Made by a program: the position numbers and the translations under genes. Shown piece after piece: positions 22,071-33,250 of a stretch of DNA of 37,024 nt (position 1 is the first letter of the stretch; each line of letters opens with the position of its first letter). A model generated the notes under the pieces. That model made no database searches and was not told the origin of the DNA. It was given only the letters and a program-made list of their open reading frames with translations. This stretch comes from Welwitschia mirabilis. Taxonomy: Eukaryota. The stretch lies in NCBI GenBank assembly GCA_051453625.1, contig JBOZIK010000001.1, forward strand, positions 13,599,005 to 13,636,028, read 5' to 3'.

Positions 22071-23194
22071 ATGAAAATTGTAGCTTGAAACATTAGAGGC
22101 CTAAATGGCCCAGAAAAACAGTTTCATATTCATCGCTTCATTTCCTTTCATAATATTAGTATCCTCATGCTATTAGAAACTAAAGTCCAGGTTAACAAAG
22201 TAGATCGCATAGCATCTAACTGCATGTTTAATAACTCTTGGAATTTTTTTCATACCTTTATGAGCTTCTCAAATGGGAGGATTTTGATCTTTTGGAACAT
22301 GAAATAAGTCCATTTAACTATCAAAACCTCATTGCTTCAAGCTATCCACTGTGATCTGATGTTTAATGATATGTGCACCTACTATTCTTTTATCTACGCT
22401 TCTAATAATAAGAATGAGAGAAGCTTGCTTTAGAATAATATTATTAACTTGAACCAAGCTAATAACAAACCTTGGACATTGCTAGGAGATTTCAATTATA
22501 TCGCTAGCCCTAATGAAAAGCTTAATGACTACTCGGTGATCCCTAAAGATGTAAAGGAATTCTAGAACATCTTTATGTTGACCCACCTCTGAGATTTAAG
22601 ACAATGTGATTGTTGTTATACCTGGTCGGACAAGCAGATCATCCATAAAAGGATCCACTATAAGCTGGATAGAGTGCTAGTTAACTCAGATTAGATAGAT
22701 CTCTTTCCTCTTTTGTTTACTGAGTTTCCTCCATCAGACCTCTCTGATCACTTCCTAAGTGTTCTTACTATATGTTTAAGTTTCAAAGTTAACCCTCCTT
22801 TTAGATTTTGTAATTTTTAGTGTGATGACAAAGAGTTCCTTTTTTTTGTTCAATCCTCTTGGAATGCCTTCCCCACATGCAACTCTTTGGCAGCTCTTCA
22901 CAGGAAACTTCACCATCTTAAGATAGCTCTCAAAGCTAATTTTGCTGCCAAAACAAGGCGTCTAGGATAGCATATCCAAGAAGCTTATCTTAAGATCCAG
23001 AACATCCAAAAAAAGATAGAATCATCCCTCTAAAACTCTAATTTATGTCTCTTAGAAGAGGTAGATATTGTAAATTATAATTCTCTTCTTTATCAGGAAT
23101 ATGAACTAAACAAGTCATGAGGTAAAATAAGATGGGTCTCTGAGGGGGATCTAAATTCTTCTTACTTTCATGCTTGTATCAAACAAAGAAATAA
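22071..23194 (+). pseudogene. LINE copy X ORF2, AP endonuclease domain
   Basis: ATG at 22071 gives MKIVA*NIRGLNGPEKQ; also PWTLLGDFN, YTWSDK, PFRFCNF and WVSEGDLNSSYFHA. Confidence 0.9.
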
Positions 23195-24199
23195 NNNNNN
23201 NNNNNNNNNNNNNNNNNNNNNNNNNNNNNNNNNNNNNNNNNNNNNNNNNNNNNNNNNNNNNNNNNNNNNNNNNNNNNNNNNNNNNNNNNNNNNNGGTCAA
23301 CAATTCTTGAATAAATCTATATGTATGCCAAAAATAAATTCTTAAGTAACCTTTGTATGTAAAAAAGTTAAATAACTCATATAATGATTAAATTCAAGAG
23401 AAAACAAAGTCCTCTTTATATTTAAGATGATCCAAGTAATATAATCACATCATATGTCAAAGTTAATCACAAGATGTAATAGATTATAAGATTCAATAAA
23501 TAACAAATGATTAAATTCCAACACTTTCTCAAGCACAAGCTAGAAAATCAACATTATCAAATGCCCTTATAGGTAAGACAAATTAGCTTTTTTTGTGCTC
23601 CACTTAACCACCTATTAAACATAAACATCATGGTGTGAGAATTATAACCTTCACAGTTTACAGTATGGTCCATGGTAAGGGTTTGGAATGATAAGGATTC
23701 TTAAGTAAAAAGGATTATCAAGATCAAATTAGGAAGACCAAGGTTCCATTTTCATTAATCTTCTCTACTATTACATCCTAATAGATTTCAGTAATCTAGT
23801 TGCTCTATAATCTAAGAGGGATAAATGATAAATTGGTTTCATTTTTCCCATTTATCCTAGAAGTTTAGTTTCTTAGACTCAAGATGCCCATTAAAGGGCA
23901 TATCTTCCTAAAGCCAATAATTGGTTTTCCTTATCAGTCTTATTTTTCTTATTAATAAAAGATCATCTACCAATGTTGCTAACCCAAATAAGTCAAATCA
24001 AGAACTCATCTCAAGGATCGATAAGATGTGAGAGGATATGATACAAATACATAAGAAAGGCACTAATAAAAGTATGAGGTGAAGAGCGCAATGCTAGATA
24101 GGTTGAGTGCAATCACACGTTATTGCCCCTTGCACCTTGTGCCTTAGATTTTACAAGAGTATGAAATTCTTGGAGAAAGATGGACCACCCACTACACAG

Positions 24200-27100
24200 A
24201 GAACATAAGCATAGATTATGTCTCAAAACTGGAATACAGAGTTAGGTTTTAAGCTGGATTTTGTACCATAATAATTTTATTCCATGGATTTTATGCCATA
24301 ATAATTTTCTTTCAGAGAAGTTAAGATTGACGAGTAAGATTGGAATGAAAAGCAACTTGCTAGGATAATACACTAGTGTATTTTTTATATGGATTAAAAC
24401 CACCAATTTAGAGAGTCCAAAATTACATAAAGAATAGATGGGAAGGAGAGGACAATGTATTGGTATCTTTACTTCAAAAAGGTATTTTCTTGTTCAAATT
24501 TTCATCTAAAGAGAAGATGCTTAATATTTTAAATAATATCTCATCATTGTTTGATAAGAGACCCTTGATTCGTAAGCCATGGTCTCCCTCATCACCATTG
24601 GAAATAGATAAGGTCTTGCACTTTCTAATTTGGCTAAAATGGCTGAACCTCATCCTACATCTTTGGTCGAAGAGGATTATTTCTAGAATTACTAGTGTAA
24701 TTGGAAGTCCGATATGCTCAAATGTGGTTACAGTGACATAAAATAGGCTGAGTTATGCTAGATTTTGTGTAGAAATCACTCTAGAGTATAAATTACCAAT
24801 GAAAATCACCCTTAAAGGACTTGGAGGCATAATTTTGAAACAAAGGATTGAGTATGAATGGATGCCTTTTAAATTCTCGTCTTGCATCTACTTTGGACAC
24901 TCTATAGATCTATGTCCTAAAAATAAAAGAACAAAACAGATCTAAAAACTAGTTCTGTCAAATCCTAGTATCGTTATAGATAGGGTACAGCTAAAGACAA
25001 CTAGTAATGTGTAAGAGGAGTACAATCCTAGATTCCCAGAGGTCCATGAGACTGCTTTCATATCCTCTCTGCCTCAAAAAAGAGAGGCACCTATTTTCTT
25101 TAGGTCCTCGATTGAATCATCCTTAGCAGGCCCTTCTGATGCCCCATCTCATACCTTTCTGAATGTGCTCTATGACAGGAATAAAGCCATAATCACAGGG
25201 GAAGTTAGAAAAGCTGCAATAGATAGGATTGGAGGAGGCCTGTGTAAGAGTCCCTTAAAAACCCAGAAAGATGCATTTGGAGGTAGCTCCTCTTGGTTAA
25301 GGGATGATGGTATTCCAGAATGTGTTGTGATTTCAACTAGCAGTCCCTCATGTCCACCGCAGTATGACCATTGGAAGGTGTTAATAGCCCCTAACTTTCA
25401 TAGCACTTATGCCATTGTGCTATAAGCTGACATACTCCATTCCAAAGTTTTATTAAAAGGTCAGTATCCTATTGACTCTTATCTTTTTCATTGTAATCTT
25501 AATTGTATTACAATTGATATCATGCCAATAGATGCTTCCCATCAGAAATCCACAGACCTTAAAATCAAACCTCATTCTACTAAGTCATTGCAAAACCAAA
25601 AGGGGCAGTGGCAAATGAGGGACGGACATCTCAAAAATAGGATCATAAAAATTATAGCATGAAACATTAGAGGCCTAAATGGCCCAGAAAAATAGTATCA
25701 TATATGTTACTTCATTTCCTTTCATAATATTAGTATCCTTGCACTATTAGAAAATAAAGTCCAGGTTAACAAAGTTGATCATGTAGCAACTAACTGCATG
25801 CCTATTAATTCCTGGAATTTTGTTGATAACTTTACGGGTTCCTCAAATGGGAGGAATTTGATCTTGTGGAACATGAAAGAAGTCCATTTAACTGTCAAAA
25901 CCTTGTTGCTTTAAGCTATTTATTATGATGTACGATTTAATGATACATACACCTACTCTTTCTTTATCTACACTTATAATAATAAGAATGAGAGAAGCTT
26001 GCTTTGAAATAATATAATAAATTTTAACCAAGCTGTAAACAAACCTTAGGCATTGCTAGGATATTTCACTTATATTGCTTACCCTGATGAAAATCTTAAT
26101 GGCTTCCCAGTGATCCCTAAATATGTAGAGTAACTTTAGAATATCTTTATGTTGACCCACCTCTCAGATTTAAAATAATATGATTGTTGTTATACCTAGT
26201 TAGATAAGTAGAGCATCCATAAAAGGATCCACTGTAAGCTAGATAGAGTGCTAGTTAACTCAAATTAGATAGATCTCTTTTCTCTTTTACTTACCGAGTT
26301 TCCTCCACCAGGCCTCTCTGATCACTCCTCAAGTGTTCTTACTATCTATTTAAGTTTTAAAGTTAACCCTTTCAGATTCTGTAATTTTTGGTGTGATGAC
26401 AAAGAGTTCCTCTTTTTTGTTCAAACCTCTTGGAATGCCTCCCCCAATGCAGTACTTTGACAATTCTTAACAAGAAACTTCACCATCTTAAGTCAGTCCT
26501 TAAAGTTAAATTTGCTGCTAAGACAAGGTGTCTAAGACAACATATCCAAGAAGCTTATCATGAGATCCAGAACATCAATAAGAAGATAGAATTGCCCTCC
26601 CAAAATTTTAATTTATATCTATTATAAAAGATAACTATTGTAAATTATAAATCTCTCCTTCATTAGAAATACCAAATAAACAAGCAACAAGCAAAAATAA
26701 GATGGGTTTCTAAGGGGGATCTAAATTCCTCATATTTTCATGCTTGTATCAAATAAAGGAAGAACAGCTCAATGATCAATGCGATATATGATGCAAATGA
26801 AAACATGTTAAGAAATCAGGAAGCTATAAATAAAAATTTTATATCATTCTTTTAAGAGCTTTTAGGAAATGAGGTGAGGGTTTTTGACCTTAACATGTCT
26901 ATTTTGACTAAAGGCCCTTCAATGTCTGATCAACTCTATATTTTGCTATGTAAAATAGTATTAAATGATGAAATTAGAAATTCATTCTTCTCAATTGGTA
27001 ATGATAAAGATATTGGGTCAGATGGTTTCTCTATGAAGTTTTTTAAATCAACCTAGAACATCATAGGTCAAGATGTTTATAGGACGTTGATGTATTTTTT

Positions 27101-28573
27101 TTAGCGATTTCAGAATGCCTCATAATGTAAATTCTACAGTAATTATTCTGATTTCAAATTTGACTTCTTCGAGTTCGGCCTCTGATTTCCATCCAATAGC
27201 ACGCTACAATGTTTTATACATAGCTATATCTATGATTATTACAAATGACATTATATCAGATAACCAATGGGTATTTTTCCCCATAAAATTATTATTCATA
27301 ATATTCTACTTACTCATAAGTTGGTATAACATTATGATAGGTAAAGAATAAGCCCTTGTTGTACCATCAAGATTTATATTAGGAAGGCTTATGACTCTGT
27401 TTCTTGGCAGGTTTTATTTAATCTATTGGAAAGAATAAGTTTTCCTTTCAAAGTGATAAACTGGATCAAAGCTTCTATCTCCAACTCTTTCTTTTTAATT
27501 CTCATTAATAAGGACATGATAGGTTATTTCCAAGAAAAAAGAGGCCTAAGACAAGGAGACCTACTTTTCCCTTACCTCTTCTATATTGTTATGGAATATC
27601 TTTCTAGAGGGTTAAAGAAGTTTTCTTTCAATCTAGATTTTTGCTTTTACTCTAAATGTGACAAGTTACAAATCACTCATCTATGCTATGCTAATGACCT
27701 ATTCATGTTTTATAAAGTTAATGTCAAATCCATTTTCTTGATGAAATAAGTGCTTGATCACTTTAGGATGGTTTTGGTTCTTAAGGCAAATTTGTCAAAA
27801 AGCCAAGCGTTCTTTGGCAGTATCACCCTAGGTCAAAAGAATAGATTTCTTTAACTACTGGCTTTCTCAGATGGGACCCTTCTAGTTAGATATTTGGGAG
27901 TCTGACTAAATCCAAAAAAAGTCTCTATATCAAACTATATCCCCTTTATTCATAGGGTAACTAAGACAATTAGATCATGGACCACAAAATTTCTATCATA
28001 TGCAAGAAGATGTATTCTAATCAAAGTTATGTTATAGTCAATATCCACTTTCTGGTGTAGAGTTTTTATTCCCCTAAATAAGATTTTACATGAAGTTAGT
28101 GCACTTTGTAGAAGATTTCTGTGGATAGGGAAATCAGAGAAGTTAAAAAAAGCCCCTATAGCTGGTGTAATTTGGTAAAACTAAAAACACTGGAGGACTA
28201 GGATTTACAGACCCCATTTTGATGCATAAGGCCTTGGTTATTACTTATCTTTAGGATTTAGTGCGAAAGAAAGATACTGTTTAGGTGAAATAATGCCATG
28301 AATTTTAACTCAAGGGTATTAATTTCTAGCAGTATTAGTTTAAATATAATACCTCCTAGATTATTAAAAAATTCTGAAACTTCATCCTCTTCTCAGTGGT
28401 TGTGTTTTGTTATCTGATGATTCTTTGATTTGGAAGGCTACAAGTTCTCCTTTTTTCACGGCTTCAGTCTATCCAAATATAAGTGGCCAACGCACTAAGT
28501 GTAATTGGTTTGAGTTAGTTTGAAATCAATTCTCACTCCCTAAATTTTCTTTTATAGTTTGGCTAGCCTGCAA
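24200..28573 (+). pseudogene. LINE copy Y: ORF1 (DUF4283 + knuckle, ~24200-25640) and ORF2 (APE-RT, 25645-28573), disrupted
   Basis: LGFKLDFVP, GIFLFKFSS, FDKRPLIRKPWSP, GSDGFSMKFFK, RKAYDSVSWQ, RGLRQGD and HLCYANDLFMF; the ORF2 start is mutated to ATA. Confidence 0.9.
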
Positions 28574-28673
28574 NNNNNNNNNNNNNNNNNNNNNNNNNNN
28601 NNNNNNNNNNNNNNNNNNNNNNNNNNNNNNNNNNNNNNNNNNNNNNNNNNNNNNNNNNNNNNNNNNNNNNNNN

Positions 28674-30943
28674 CCTCATAGCATAAATTCTACAACCATT
28701 GTTCTGATTCCTGAATCGATTTCTTCAAATTCGGCCTCCGATTTCCGTCCGATAGCATGCTATAATGTTTTATACAAAGCTATATCTATGATTATTATGA
28801 ACAGACTGAAGCATGTGTTAGATAACATTATTGCAGATAGCTAAGGGACATTTATTCCCCATAGAAGTATTATTCATAATATTTTGCTAGCGCAGGAGCT
28901 AGTACAACATTATGCTAGATAAAGAATAAGCCCTTGTTGTGCCATCAAGATTGATCTTAAGAAGGCTTATGACTTTGTCTTTTGACAGTTTTTATTTAAT
29001 CTGTTGGAAAGAATAGGTTTTCATCTCAAAGTGATAAATTAGATCAAAGATTGTGTCTCCAACACTTTCTTCTCAATCCTCATAAATGGAGGTATGGTAG
29101 GCTATTTTCAAGGAAAAAGAGGCCTAAGATAAGGAGACCCACTTTTCCCTTACCTCTTCTATATCGTTATGGAATATCTTTCTAGAGGGTTAAAGAAGTT
29201 ATCATTCAATCCAAATTTTTGCTTCCATCCAAAATGTAACAAGTTATAAATCACTCATCTATATTACGTTGATGACCTATTCATGTTCTATAAAGCTAAT
29301 GCCAAATCCATTTGCTTAATGAAACAAGTGCTTGACCACTTTAAGATGGTCTCAGGTCTTAAGGCAAATTCATCAAAAAGCCAAGCATTCTTTGGAGTTA
29401 TCATCCCAGGTCAAAAGGATAAATTTCTTTAATTACTGGCTTTCTCAGATGGGACCCTCATAGTTAGATATTTGGAAGTACTACTAAATTCAAAAAACTC
29501 TCTATTTCAGACTGTCTCCCCCTTATTCATAAGGTAATGGAGAGAATTAGATCATGGACTACAAAATTTCTATCATATACAGGAAGATGTATTCTGATCA
29601 AAGATATGTTGCAGTCAATATCTACTTTCTGGTATAGAGGTTTTANNNNNNNNNNNNNNNNNNNNNNNNNNNNNNNNNNNNNNNNNNNNNNNNNNNNNNN
29701 NNNNNNNNNNNNNNNNNNNNNNNNNNNNNNNNNNNNNNNNNNNNNNNNNNNNNNNNNNNNNNNNNNNNNNNNNNNNNNNNNNNNNNNNNNNNNNNNNNNN
29801 NNNNNNNNNNNNNNNNNNNNNNNNNNNNNNNNNNNNNNNNNNNNNNNNNNNNNNNNNNNNNNNNNNNNNNNNNNNNNNNNNNNNNNNNNAAGGTTGTTAA
29901 TGTCTGGTAGTATTAGTTTAAATATAATACATCCGAGATCATTAAAAAAATTCTAAAACTTCACCCTCTTCTTAGTGGCTATGTTCTACTATTTGATGAT
30001 TCTCTAGTTTGGAAGGATGCAGGTTTTCCTTTTATCACAGCTTCCATCTATCTTCATTTAAGTAGCCAACACCCTAAGTGTGATTGGTCTGAGTTAGTTT
30101 GGAACTAGTTCTCCCTCCCTAAATTTTCTTTTATTGGTTGGCTAGCCTACAATAATAGGTTATTTACTAAAGATAGAGTCCTTAAGTTTGGGATCTAAGT
30201 AGACTCGCTATGTGCATTCTATGGTTTAGTTGATAAAACTAGAGATCACATCTTTTTCGATTACCCTCCTTGTGCTCTCCTTCTCAAAACTACTCTTAGC
30301 TTGATAGGCCTCTCTCCTCCTCCCCTGTGGAAGGAATTGCTTACTTGGATAAAGAGGAAATGTAGGTCTAGGAACTCTCAGCATAGTATTACCAAGTTCC
30401 TCATAACAGCCTNNNNNNNNNNNNNNNNNNNNNNNNNNNNNNNNNNNNNNNNNNNNNNNNNNNNNNNNNNNNNNNNNNNNNNNNNNNNNNNNNNNNNNNN
30501 NNNNNNNNNNNNAGTTTGGGATCTAAGTAGACTCACTGTGTGCATTCTATGGTTTAGTTGATAAAACTAGAGATTACATCTTTTTCGATTATCCTCCTTA
30601 TGCTCTCCTTCTCAAAACTACTCTCAGCTTGATAGGCCTCTCTCCTCCTCCCCGGTGGAAGGAAGTGCTTACTTGGATAAAGAGAAAATGTAGGTTTAGG
30701 AACTCTCAGCATAGTATTACCAAGTTCCTCATAACAGCCTACATATACCACATTTGAAAAGCTAGAAATGAAAATATTTTCAAATAAAAAGATATCCAAA
30801 TAATCCAGATCACCAAAGAAATTAAGATTTAGCTTTCAATCAGATTGATGAAAATTCAATTCTTGAAAGACTCTCAAAAGAATAGAGATTGGTATCAAAC
30901 AACTAATTTCGCACTTATCCTGGTGGGCAGAGCTGGAATGTAA
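28674..30943 (+). pseudogene. LINE copy X ORF2, RT and zf-RVT part (gapped)
   Basis: FRPIACYNVLYKAI, KIDLKKAYD, HLYYVDDLFMF, PKFSFIGWLA..NRLFTKDRV, TRDHIFFD and YHI*KARNENIF; parallels 27118-28573. Confidence 0.88.
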
Positions 30944-31867
30944 CCTGCAGGTGGTTTCAATGAAGGCTATGGTCTCTGTCTTCTCCTTTTTATGCATTAG
31001 TATTACCATCAATGTCGTGGTTTTCTCTACTAGGAATATGCTTTAAAGTTTTATTTGCCTTATTAGTATGGAGCTCTAGCTAGATGTACATTCATTTTCA
31101 TGTATGTTTCAATTTCTTCGGTTAAGAACACTCTAAGCTGTAGGTTTGGATTTTATAGTTGGATGGCTTATCTAAGTTTATTACATTGTTCTCCATCAGT
31201 ATGAGTTCAAACTGTAATCCAAGATGAGAAATCAGATTTTTATCATGTTCCTTTTTCTCTTTATGTTGAGCAGTTTATGGCTCTAATTTAGATGTTTCTA
31301 GTTTATACTAGGTCTATTTTAAGCATAGAGTCCACATCTCTGTACTAAAGATAGTTGGTTGTATTCTTCCTAAATTCTAGCCATAGGTATGTAGGTGATC
31401 AGTACCTCGGAGTGGCTTCCTACAGTGCATATGGTGTTTTTTGTTCAGCTTGACTCACATAGCCATGCAGTAGAATAAAATCTTATCTTCTGTTTGTAAG
31501 GGTCACTAGCTGAGGGAAAGACAGAATGCTTTCCAACGTCTTAGCCTATTAGTAGAGTTATCTTTTGGATTAGTTTTCTCTTAGGATGCATTGTTTCTCT
31601 AGTTTTAATTTAGTTTTTTTCCATGGGCTAGCATAGCAGATTATGCCTGTATGCATGATGTGCCTTAGGGAATTTTTAAAGTTGTTTCTGAGTTGGATCG
31701 AATTTGGCCCCCTATTTTTTGGTCTTAATTTATTTTTATTTTAGACTCAACCCAAAGAGTTCTCTATGTACTAGCTAGTTTAGCTTGATGACTTCTCTCA
31801 CCCTAGCTTTTTTGTATGTGTTGTGCTTTTGAAAGAATCAGAAAGGAAATTACTCTAAAACTTCATT

Positions 31868-31881
31868 AAAAAAAAAAAAAA
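31868..31881 (+). other. LINE poly(A) tail and 3' junction
   Basis: 14 A residues, immediately followed by Sirevirus LTR sequence homologous to ~12045 onward. Confidence 0.88.
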
Positions 31882-33245
31882 GTTTATAAAATAGATATGT
31901 AACAAATACATAATGGGTATAAAATTCCATTTTATTCTTGTTGGTCAACCCCTTAAATGTCTGGCCATTCCCTCCTGGTACTGTGATTTAAACAAGTCAA
32001 CTGAGTGAATTTTTTGGTTGCCAAAGTTTCTTATGGCTCCATATCTAATTGATCCCTTAGGATCCTGTTGACCCCTTATCTAATCGCTCACCTATCTATC
32101 TAGTCACCTGTTCATCCTAATAAAAATTCATTCTAATTTTCTGCATCAGGTCCCATTGACCCCTTAGGTATCCGGTCGTCCTCTTGAAGATCAATTTAAG
32201 GATATTAGATGCATAGTGCTCAGGTCTAGTTGACCCCTTAAAGTCTAGTCAATCGCTTGATAATCGGATCGAGAGTACTATTCTCAAGTTCACATATTCG
32301 ATTAACCCCTCATAGGTCTGATTAACCCATTAACAATTAGTTCAAGAATACNNNNNNNNNNNNNNNNNNNNNNNNNNNNNNNNNNNNNNNNNNNNNNNNN
32401 NNNNNNNNNNNNNNNNNNNNNNNNNNNNNNNNNNNNNNNNNNNNNNNNNNNNNNNNNNNNNNNNNNNNNNNNNNNNNNNNNNNNNNNNNNNNNNNNNNNN
32501 NNNNNNNNNNNNNNNNNNNNNNNNNNNNNNNNNNNNNNNNNNNNNNNNNNNNNNNNNNNNNNNNNNNNNNNNNNNNNNNNNNNNNNNNNNNNNNNNNNNN
32601 NNNNNNNNNNNNNNNNNNNNNNNNNNNNNNNNNNNNNNNNNNNNNNNNNNNNNNNNNNNNNNNNNNNNNNNNNNNNNNNNNNNNNNNNNNNNNNNNNNNN
32701 NNNNNNNNNNNNNNNNNNNNNNNNNNNNNNNNNNNNNNNNNNNNNNNNNNNNNNNNNNNNNNNNNNNNNNNNNNNNNNNNNNNNNNNNNNNNNNNNNNNN
32801 ATCAATTCATGGATATTAGATGCATAGTGCTCAGGTCTAGTTGACCCCTCAAAGTCTAATCAACCTCTTGATAATCGGATCCAGAGTACTAGTCTCAGGT
32901 TCAAAGATTTAATTAACTGCTCATAGGTTTAATTAACCCATTAACAATTAGTTCAAGAATACTAGTTTTTAGGTTCATAGATCCAGTTAACCTCTTAGAA
33001 ATCTAGTTGACCCCTTTAAATTCAATTAAATTCTAAGAGTATGCTCCACATGTGGTTAACCTCTTGAAAGTCTAATTGATCCCTCAAGAGGATAAGTGAA
33101 CTTGACATATTTCTAGTGATTAGAATGTAACATTAATAGCTTCAGCATTTGACCTGTAAGTGGTTAATATTTTCTGCACAAGATACATAAAATTTACTTA
33201 ACAGAAACATTAGTTTGACATCAATTAACAAAACATAATCTAACA
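31882..33245 (-). repeat. 5' LTR (copy C), U3 side, containing an N gap and an overlap duplication
   Basis: Aligns to ~12045-12707 and ~13560-14258; ends ...ACATAATCTAACA followed by the TSD. Confidence 0.88.
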
Positions 33246-33250
33246 TACTC
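33246..33250. repeat. Right target-site duplication TACTC
   Basis: Identical to 11368-11372. Confidence 0.88.

Larger units (their letters stand above)
20383..31881 (+). mobile_element. L1-clade LINE region (at least two related copies interleaved), ending in poly(A)
   Basis: ORF1 (RLSYAKVCVEI..IEYEWMPSKCSSCVCFGYSIDLC), ORF2 with APE (MKIVA*NIRGLN, LLETKV, LLGDFN, KLDRVLVN, LSDH), RT (RGLRQGD..PYLF, HLYYVDDL), zf-RVT and C-terminal I*KARNENIF; A14 tail at 31868-31881. Confidence 0.93.
11373..33245 (-). mobile_element. Sirevirus-like Ty1/copia element 2, complete outline, degraded, carrying a LINE in its 5' LTR
   Basis: TG...CA ends with a 5-bp TSD; ~1.3 kb LTRs with palindromic repeats; multiple PPTs; WYLDKGCLRHMMGD protease; PLELIHMDLVGP integrase; YRLKKVLYGLKQAPKAWY RT; RKSTS/KKQNSISLSIAEAEY RNase H. 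Confidence 0.88.

Noticed and set aside
30184..30741. Duplicated zf-RVT segment
   Set aside because: Near-identical overlap across the 100-N gap 30413-30512.
32190..32961. Internal duplication in LTR C
   Set aside because: It flanks the gap 32352-32800 and is absent from LTRs A and B.
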